Assembly: GCA_021498095.1 (NCBI GenBank)
Contig: JAIZWK010000001.1
Location: 1 to 32,000, forward strand
DNA: 32,000 bases
Origin: Candidatus Harpocratesius repetitus
Lineage (GTDB): Archaea > Asgardarchaeota > Lokiarchaeia > Sigyniarchaeales > Promethearchaeaceae
Reading direction: 5' to 3'
Shown: piece by piece, positions 1 through 6,700 of the stretch
Layout: each line of letters begins with the position of its first letter
Position numbering within the stretch: the stretch's first letter is position 1
Program-made: the position numbers and the translations under genes
Notes under the pieces: model-generated
The model's input: only the letters and a program-made list of their open reading frames with translations
What the model was told of the DNA's origin: nothing
Databases searched by the model: none

Positions 1-123
1 TTATTTGTTACCAAAATTTAATGTACCTACTAATTTTTCTAAATCGTTTATTAATAGAAAAAACGCGATTTTAGGAAAAGAAAAAAGGGTTTATTGGTTT
101 AGAAAAAACGAAAGGTTTGTAAA

Positions 124-909
124 ATGTCATATCACACTCCAGGTATTATTTCTGATGGTGGATCAAAAACAACAATTTTTGCAGTTCGAACCACAATTGG
201 ACAAGAAAAATCGGTTTTACAAAATATTTTTAATCGATTACGTGTATTGAACCCATTTCCTGATTTAAAATGCATGATGATTGCAGAAGAATTACGAGGG
301 TATGTTTTTATCGAGGCAGTTCATCAACGAGATGTGATGATTGCAATCTCTGGATTACGACATGTAAAAGGTAAAATTGTTGGTTCAATTTCTTTAGAGT
401 CTATTGCTCACGTAATTTCACCCCGAAAGGTTACCGAAATTTTAGAAGAAGGGGATACAGTTGAAATTATTTCAGGAATTTTCACTGGTCAAAAGGCAGA
501 AGTTGTAAGAATGCCTAAAGAAGGTGCTAAAGAAGAGGTAACTTTGCGATTGTTAGATTCTGATTCCGCAATATCCATAAAAATTCATGGTGATTTTCTT
601 AAACTGGTTGAAAAAGGTGCGCGCCATCAAGAAGTATATGATATTAAAGAAATGGAAGAATTAAACAACACAACAATTCCATCTTCAAGTTTTTCAAAAG
701 ATGATACTAAGGTAAGAATTGCTGATTCTGACACTTCAATTTCTTCACATCCTGAAGAAATATTCTCGTTTGATTCTGGTGAAGAAGAGTTAGAAGAGAA
801 TGATAAAGAAGGAGAAGAAGAAGAATTTACTTCAAAAGAAATGTTTGAAAAATCAAAAGAAGAAGAAGAGGAAGAAGAAGAAGATGAATGGGCAAAATTT
901 GGTTTTTAA
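124..909 (+). CDS. spt5: Transcription elongation factor Spt5 (NGN + KOW) with long acidic C-terminal tail
   Basis: N-terminal FAVRTTIGQEKSV and LRGYVFIEA match the archaeal Spt5/NusG NGN domain; EGDTVEIISGIFTGQKAEV is a KOW motif; the last ~95 aa are Ser/Glu-rich. Confidence 0.92.
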   Translation: MSYHTPGIISDGGSKTTIFAVRTTIGQEKSVLQNIFNRLRVLNPFPDLKCMMIAEELRGYVFIEAVHQRDVMIAISGLRHVKGKIVGSISLESIAHVISPRKVTEILEEGDTVEIISGIFTGQKAEVVRMPKEGAKEEVTLRLLDSDSAISIKIHGDFLKLVEKGARHQEVYDIKEMEELNNTTIPSSSFSKDDTKVRIADSDTSISSHPEEIFSFDSGEEELEENDKEGEEEEFTSKEMFEKSKEEEEEEEEDEWAKFGF

Positions 910-975
910 TTCATCTTTTTGATGAATATTAAATTTTAATCATTCAAAATAATTTTTTCTTAATTATTTCTGAAG

Positions 976-2226
976 TTGATTGAGATGCATGGATTCTTAC
1001 ACATTTTCTTAATTCAGGTAGATACTGGAGAAATTTTAACAGAAATAGATAATTTGACATTAGATAACTCCTATTTTAAACTAGATTTTATGCAAATTCT
1101 TATAGAAGAGGGAATTGATTTAAAAAATACTGAGACATTAGTAAATGCTTCTCTAATTCAATTTCAATTAGAAAAAACCAAATTTCCTTTAGTTTATCAT
1201 TTCTTTTCCAGCAAGCATTTTATTCTTATTTTGATTGCCACCCATCACGACAAAAAAATTCAATTTTATATTGATCCACTGTTAGAAGATTTAGAACAAG
1301 AAAAAATAGTTTTTATGAACACAAATATTGTCGAAATGGTTGATGAACAGACAATTTCAGAAAAAAATACAAGCGAAATAAAGGGAAAAATTCAAAAAAA
1401 GAACGATTTTGATCAAAAAAATAGTGAAATTAACCAAGGAAAGGATTATTTTAGAAACCTTAAGAAATTTAGATTTTTACGAATGATTGCAAGGAATTTA
1501 GCTGAATATCTACTTCCCTCATTTTTGATTCCAGAAAAGCGATTTAATTATCAAATTCTTGATGTGAATCAACCTCCCGAAATATTTAATTACTTGAAAG
1601 AAATTTGCCAAAAAGATTATAATATTTCATTTTTAGATCAAATTTGGGAAAAATTAGATGGAACATGGTCGATTCTTGAATTTAGTGAAGTTTATTCAAT
1701 ATCAATTGATTCATTGCGAGAAATTTTCTTCTTTTTATGGAAAACAAATTTTGTTGTCTTACGAATGGAATACTTTCCATGGGACCGATTTAAAACAACA
1801 ATAAAAGCACCACTTTTTTTAGATGAAGGAAGTAAAGAAAATTTACTACTAGTTAATAAATTTAATTCGAATAAAATAATTCAAATAATTAAATATATTG
1901 GAGATGGATGTTCATACACAAATCTGGTAAAGAATTTTGATATTACTAAAACAAAGTTAAATATATATCTATCCGAACTACTTCAAAGGCAAATAATTCA
2001 AAGAGAAGAATATAAACCTGTACTTGAGATTATTCCTGAAGACTTGATCCCTCTTTTAAGCTTACAAGGATTTGAAAAAGAAGATTTTAAATTATTAAGC
2101 GATTTAGCAAAAATTTTGAATGGAACAAGAAGTATACGATCAGCTTCACTAAGATTGCAAATTGATCCTTCCCGAATAAAGGGTTTACTAGATAAATATG
2201 AATCAGCTGTTAAAATCTTGACTTAA
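976..2226 (+). CDS. Longin-like domain plus three winged-helix repeats; NPRL2/Npr2-like protein
   Basis: N-terminal alternating beta/alpha longin-like pattern; three wHTH-like segments (LDGTWSILEFS, IGDGCSYTNL, LNGTRSIRS) align without gaps to the human NPRL2 C-terminal domain as recalled from memory. TTG start at 976, alternative ATG at 985. Confidence 0.65.
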   Translation: MIEMHGFLHIFLIQVDTGEILTEIDNLTLDNSYFKLDFMQILIEEGIDLKNTETLVNASLIQFQLEKTKFPLVYHFFSSKHFILILIATHHDKKIQFYIDPLLEDLEQEKIVFMNTNIVEMVDEQTISEKNTSEIKGKIQKKNDFDQKNSEINQGKDYFRNLKKFRFLRMIARNLAEYLLPSFLIPEKRFNYQILDVNQPPEIFNYLKEICQKDYNISFLDQIWEKLDGTWSILEFSEVYSISIDSLREIFFFLWKTNFVVLRMEYFPWDRFKTTIKAPLFLDEGSKENLLLVNKFNSNKIIQIIKYIGDGCSYTNLVKNFDITKTKLNIYLSELLQRQIIQREEYKPVLEIIPEDLIPLLSLQGFEKEDFKLLSDLAKILNGTRSIRSASLRLQIDPSRIKGLLDKYESAVKILT

Positions 2227-3251
2227 GAAGGAAACCAATCGAGTAAATAAGCAAGAAATAGTAGTGCTGCAATAAAATCTGCAGTGGTCCCAGGATTTAA
2301 TTTTCCATTACTAGAATTTAACCATTGAGAAAAATTTTGATATAGTACTTTCCCAGAATCTAATAAAAGACCTCCTTCGTGAATAATTTTTTGAGCTCTT
2401 TTTTGGACATTATTTGCGATAATTAAAGAATTTTTCCTCAAAATAAGAGAATCTGGATAAGTAGCTAAGAATTTAATAAATAATTGCTGAATAATAAAGG
2501 ATGTATTAAGATTAATTTCATTTTTGCTCCTTCCTTTTTTTAAAGAATCATTATAAATGCTATAAAAATAATTTTTTAACCAAAATTGACAAATTTGATA
2601 ACCAAATACCCATTCTCTACTTATAAGATCATAATTCATGCTTTTTTGAAATAAATCAATCAAATGTATTTTATTTTTGTTTACATAACTAGGGAATTCA
2701 GGGTTTAGTATATTAAATTTTTCTGGGACATCATTCCCACCAGGATTAATTAATCCTCCAGGGCTCGCACGTTTGATAGCATCAGCAACTAAAATTGTAT
2801 CCTGTTCTGTGGTCTTTAAAATTGTTTCTTTTACTTCATTCCAAAAACAATTAAATTTAAATTTAGTTTTGGTTGGACTTTTATGTTTCAGTCTAAAAGC
2901 AGAAAGAATTAAAGGAGAAATCAGCAAAATATTTCCTAATAACAGATTTTGATGAGGCGGTGTCTTCATCATCACATTAACAATTTCCCAAATAAATTTT
3001 CCTAAATAAATTGATGAGAGTGAAGACATATGGGATAAAAGATATTCATTTATTGCATTATTTACATTCACATAATCTTGAAAAGTAATCTTATTGGTTG
3101 AATGCCATGGACTAATATTTCCGGGCTTATTAGTTGAAAATTCGAGTTTATTAGCATATTTCCAACTTAAAATTACTGATTGAAAGGACTCAAAATTGAA
3201 ATTTTGAGATAATATAAAAAGTCTGTTAGAAAGAAATCGCTGAAATCTCAT
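2223..3251 (-). CDS. citG: Triphosphoribosyl-dephospho-CoA synthase family protein (archaeal CitG-like)
   Basis: LEFSTNKPGNI, NLLLGNILL and LNPGTTADFIAA are CitG family motifs; 4-bp overlap with the convergent upstream ORF. Confidence 0.85.
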   Translation of the reverse strand: MRFQRFLSNRLFILSQNFNFESFQSVILSWKYANKLEFSTNKPGNISPWHSTNKITFQDYVNVNNAINEYLLSHMSSLSSIYLGKFIWEIVNVMMKTPPHQNLLLGNILLISPLILSAFRLKHKSPTKTKFKFNCFWNEVKETILKTTEQDTILVADAIKRASPGGLINPGGNDVPEKFNILNPEFPSYVNKNKIHLIDLFQKSMNYDLISREWVFGYQICQFWLKNYFYSIYNDSLKKGRSKNEINLNTSFIIQQLFIKFLATYPDSLILRKNSLIIANNVQKRAQKIIHEGGLLLDSGKVLYQNFSQWLNSSNGKLNPGTTADFIAALLFLAYLLDWFPS

Positions 3252-3323
3252 TTTTGGACAGCATTATCCATTTTTATTATAACAAAAATCAAAATTTGAA
3301 TTTATAAAATTACTTTTAGTTAA

Positions 3324-3354
3324 AAATCTGAAATCTGAAATTTGAAATTTGAAA
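3324..3354. repeat. Heptamer tandem repeat (AAATCTG)2(AAATTTG)2AAA
   Basis: Read directly from the rpl22e-citG intergenic region. Confidence 0.7.
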
Positions 3355-3382
3355 AAAGATAAAGGGGTTTTTATTCTTAAAA

Positions 3383-3682
3383 TTAAACTCGAGAGAGAAT
3401 TTGAAAACCCGAAGTCTCGCCTTTTGGTAAAGCTACAAGTTTAAATTCATCTTTTAACCCAGCTTGATAAATATATTTCTTAATTCGAAGTTTTAAAACC
3501 TTTTTTGATATAGAAATTGGAACTTCAATTTTTACAAGATTGCCGTCTTTCGAAATTTTACTATCAGGCACATTTTCTTCCAAGTATTGCATAATTTGTT
3601 CGATGTGTTTTTCTTTCATCGCAGAAATTTTACTAACATCAAGATGAAAAAGATTTAACTCGACTTTTTTTTTTCTAGCCAT
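3383..3682 (-). CDS. rpl22e: Large ribosomal subunit protein eL22 (L22e) homolog
   Basis: 99 aa, basic. FHLDVS..IEQIMQYLEE..ISKKVLKLRIKKYIYQAGLKDEFKLVA parallels eukaryotic eL22 [40 protein letters not shown] (reference from memory). Confidence 0.8.
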   Translation of the reverse strand: MARKKKVELNLFHLDVSKISAMKEKHIEQIMQYLEENVPDSKISKDGNLVKIEVPISISKKVLKLRIKKYIYQAGLKDEFKLVALPKGETSGFQILSRV

Positions 3683-3791
3683 ATGAATTCACTTTAAATG
3701 AGAATAAGAGTGTTAAAGAAGGAAAAAAAAAAAGTTTTGCGGATTTATTAGTTAAAATAAGATCTTCCTATAATACTTATTCTACAAAAAG

Positions 3792-6026
3792 TTATTTTTC
3801 AAGCAACTTCTTTTTGCTTGATTTTTTCTTTTCCCTTTGTGTGGGTTTCTTTTTAGAAGATACGGAATCTTCCTTTAATTTCTTGGATTGTTTTAATTTT
3901 TCTTTCAATTCTTTTACTCTGGCTAAACGTTCTTCTTCCAATTTTATTCGAACTTGCATTTCGCGCTGTTTTTCCGCTTGATTAATTTTTTCTTGCTTTA
4001 TTGCAATTAGACGATCTCGTTCTTGCTGTAATTTCTCAAGATTGGATAATTCTTCAGTTTCCTTTTGAAAGTTTTTGCTGGTTTCATCATCTGCTTTAAT
4101 GCTAGTTTCATTTTCTGGTTCATTGGTGGATTTTTTTCTCATTTGTTTATTCGAGTCACTTTTAGATTCGAGTCTAAGTTCGTCTCTTTCTAATTTTTCA
4201 TCACTTTCTTGTAATGGAGTGACTAACTTAGTTTCTTCAAGTGTTGAAACAAAATTATCTTGTTCTTCCAAATTAAGATATTTTAGTTGATCGATAAGAA
4301 AATACTTTTGATTTTCAGGAATTGATAAATTTTGAATTATTTCCTTTAATTCTTCTCGAGTTTCAGAATTTGGGTTATTAACTGCCGCGATTTCTTCAAG
4401 ATATTTTTTTTGTTGAGAATAATTTAGATAAATAAACGATTTGGCAATCATATTTCTTTCTTCTTCAGATATAGAAAGATTTAGCAAACTTTCTCTGATA
4501 TCAGGTTCTAATACAGTATAGATCTGACTAAAATCAAACTGAGACTCTTCTTCTTTTGATGGATGATGTTCAGTTGAACTTGAAGGTTTAGATGATTTTG
4601 ATGATGAAAAAGTTTCAGATAATTTTGATGTCTCTGATAATTCTGATAATTCTGATAACTCAGATAACTCAGACAACTCAGATAATTCAGACAACTCAGA
4701 TAATTCAGATGAAGTAGATGATTTCGATTGTTTTGATGGCATAGAATTATTACCCGAATCTGGAGAAGAAGACAATACGGATTTTGAAGGATGAAGTAAT
4801 GTTTCAGCTGTATTTACTTCATCTATTCTTGATGATGTTGCAGTTTGTTCTGAAGAAATCAAAGGTTTTCCAGTAAAAGGATCAAAACGTTTTGCATGTT
4901 TTAAAGGTTTACCTGTTAATGGATCAAAGTTAGCAACCTTCTTTTTGGGATGAGTTCTCTTTTTTGTTTGTGTTATAGGGGGTTGAAATGATTGTACTTT
5001 AGTTCTTAAATGAGGAGAAGAAGGGGGAATAATAGGCAAAACAGAGTCATTTGAACGTAATTGAGCAGGTTGAAATATTTCAGGAACTGGAAGAGTAAAT
5101 ATCTGAGGATTAAATATTTTAAATTCATTACTTATAACAAGTTGGGGTTCATATTTCCAATATTGCAAAAATTGTCTATTTAATGTCAGAGAATACTTTT
5201 TCCATTGATTTATATTCATATTTAATATTTGATTGTAGTTTTGCTGATTCGCTTTTTTGGTTGTTTGATATATTTTTTTATTTGATTTTAAAATTTGCTT
5301 ATAAGATTTAGTATATTGTGATTTAGCACGAGAGAATTGACGCCTATTTCTCCTTCTCAACCGCCGATAATTACGCTTTATTTTTGCAATTTCCTTTGGA
5401 TTTCCTCCAACTAATGTCAAAAGAGCAAGTTGATAAATCCGTTTGTTTTCTTCACGAGCTCTTCTAAAGATTTTTCTTAAATCATGAATAATTTTTTTAT
5501 ATTCGAATTTCGTTTGCTTTTTAGGTTGTTTATATCGTGATTTATTTATTCTCTTTGCATTTTTATAATCCTTTCTAATCTGTTTTTGTATGGTTTGAAA
5601 TTGTCGATATTCTTGTGTATTATTCAAACTTTTTTCTTCTTTTTGTGCAATTGGAGAAACTGGATGTGAAACATAAGAAGAAGTAGTTTTAAGGGATGTT
5701 TTTTGAGAACTAGAAGAATTATAATTTGATGATGAAAAAGTTGAATTCGTTATGGTTTTTGGATGTGATTCTTGCTTTTTATATCCAATTGATGGAGAAG
5801 AGATACTTTTTGATGATGATTGCTTTATAGCTTGAAATCTATGTTTATAATGTTCAAATTCAAATTTATTACCACATGATGGACAGTAAATGGTAATTCC
5901 TTCTGCCAAATCTTGAACCAATTCTGAATCAACCTGAGTACCACAAGTAGGGCAGAAAATTGAAGGAATTTTCGGTAATTTAGTTATTTTTGATATTTTA
6001 GGTATTTTATGGCTCATTTTTATCAA
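3792..6026 (-). CDS. Multidomain hypothetical protein: N-terminal zinc ribbon, basic 11-mer helical repeats, Ser-rich low-complexity linker, duplicated helical motif, C-terminal charged coiled coil
   Basis: CPTC..CPSC zinc ribbon at aa 25-51; aromatic residue every 11 aa from F143 to F286; (SEL)8 repeat; Lys/Glu-rich C-terminus. TTG start at 6026, alternative ATG at 6017. Confidence 0.8.
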   Translation of the reverse strand: MIKMSHKIPKISKITKLPKIPSIFCPTCGTQVDSELVQDLAEGITIYCPSCGNKFEFEHYKHRFQAIKQSSSKSISSPSIGYKKQESHPKTITNSTFSSSNYNSSSSQKTSLKTTSSYVSHPVSPIAQKEEKSLNNTQEYRQFQTIQKQIRKDYKNAKRINKSRYKQPKKQTKFEYKKIIHDLRKIFRRAREENKRIYQLALLTLVGGNPKEIAKIKRNYRRLRRRNRRQFSRAKSQYTKSYKQILKSNKKIYQTTKKANQQNYNQILNMNINQWKKYSLTLNRQFLQYWKYEPQLVISNEFKIFNPQIFTLPVPEIFQPAQLRSNDSVLPIIPPSSPHLRTKVQSFQPPITQTKKRTHPKKKVANFDPLTGKPLKHAKRFDPFTGKPLISSEQTATSSRIDEVNTAETLLHPSKSVLSSSPDSGNNSMPSKQSKSSTSSELSELSELSELSELSELSELSELSETSKLSETFSSSKSSKPSSSTEHHPSKEEESQFDFSQIYTVLEPDIRESLLNLSISEEERNMIAKSFIYLNYSQQKKYLEEIAAVNNPNSETREELKEIIQNLSIPENQKYFLIDQLKYLNLEEQDNFVSTLEETKLVTPLQESDEKLERDELRLESKSDSNKQMRKKSTNEPENETSIKADDETSKNFQKETEELSNLEKLQQERDRLIAIKQEKINQAEKQREMQVRIKLEEERLARVKELKEKLKQSKKLKEDSVSSKKKPTQREKKKSSKKKLLEK
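4632..4709 (-). repeat. 9-bp coding tandem repeat encoding (Ser-Glu-Leu)8-Ser-Glu
   Basis: Plus-strand triplets ctc tga (taa/caa ttc/ctc tga/aga)x8; variation between units is synonymous only. Confidence 0.95.
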
Positions 6027-6121
6027 AAATTTTATTTGTAGATATTCTGAATTTAATAATGAGTCTAATAGTTAATAAAGGATTTTGGGACCATTTATAT
6101 TTAAAGGAATACAAGAATAAA

Positions 6122-6672
6122 AAAAATCAATTTAAGAAAGATTTGACTATTTTTAAGAATGAAGGATCAATTAAGAGAAGCCTTATTTTTTAAATTATTT
6201 AAATATTATCGTTCAAAAAAATCTCATTGACAATTTCATTGAAGTTTTAGAGCAAAACATACACTATTTTAAAGCTTATGACAAAGAAAAGCAGGGATAT
6301 GCATAAATTGATATTTTTATAAAACTCTCAAACTGGCAAAAATATGCTTTCCGCAGTTACAGTTGCTATAAAGGAAATACAAGACTATTTATGGCAAAAG
6401 TTATATCAAATAATCTGGCGGAGAATATTAATAGTAGGATTAAGACTCGTGTGCATTTAACTGTTCCTAAAACACCTGAGGGTTTAGAACAGCGATTTCA
6501 GGGATATATTACAGTCATAAATGAACCCGAAATCTTAGGAATTACCATTGTTCTGCACCGATTTAGCCCAAAAATTCTCTCTAATGAGTGGAATAATTCA
6601 GAAATTAAACAATTATTTCAATTAAACGAAAAATGGGGGAAAAAAATTCAAACCGAGGTGTTAGTGAATTGA
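6122..6672 (+). pseudogene. Probable degraded transposase (C-terminal DDE fragment)
   Basis: The frame of ORF 6391..6672 stays open back to about 6178 except for one in-frame TAA at 6304-6306, and appears to continue in frame 2 further upstream. SNNLAENINSRIK resembles the TNNxxExxNxxxK catalytic-Glu segment of IS6/IS256/IS1-type transposases. Confidence 0.45.
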
Positions 6673-6700
6673 TCCTTCGTAATTAAAAATAGCCAAAGAT

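Noticed and set aside
5-250. 81-aa ORF overlapping spt5
   Set aside because: Different frame over a clear gene and its AT-rich promoter; no motif.
909-927. 7-bp hairpin ATTCATC-TTTTT-GATGAAT at the spt5 stop
   Set aside because: Weak AT-rich stem that could arise by chance; cannot distinguish terminator, operator or noise.
4632-4709. CRISPR-like or non-coding repeat
   Set aside because: Contiguous 9-bp units without spacers, in frame inside a CDS.
6304-6306. Selenocysteine or pyrrolysine recoding of an in-frame stop
   Set aside because: The stop is TAA, not TGA or TAG, and a nearby frameshift indicates decay.
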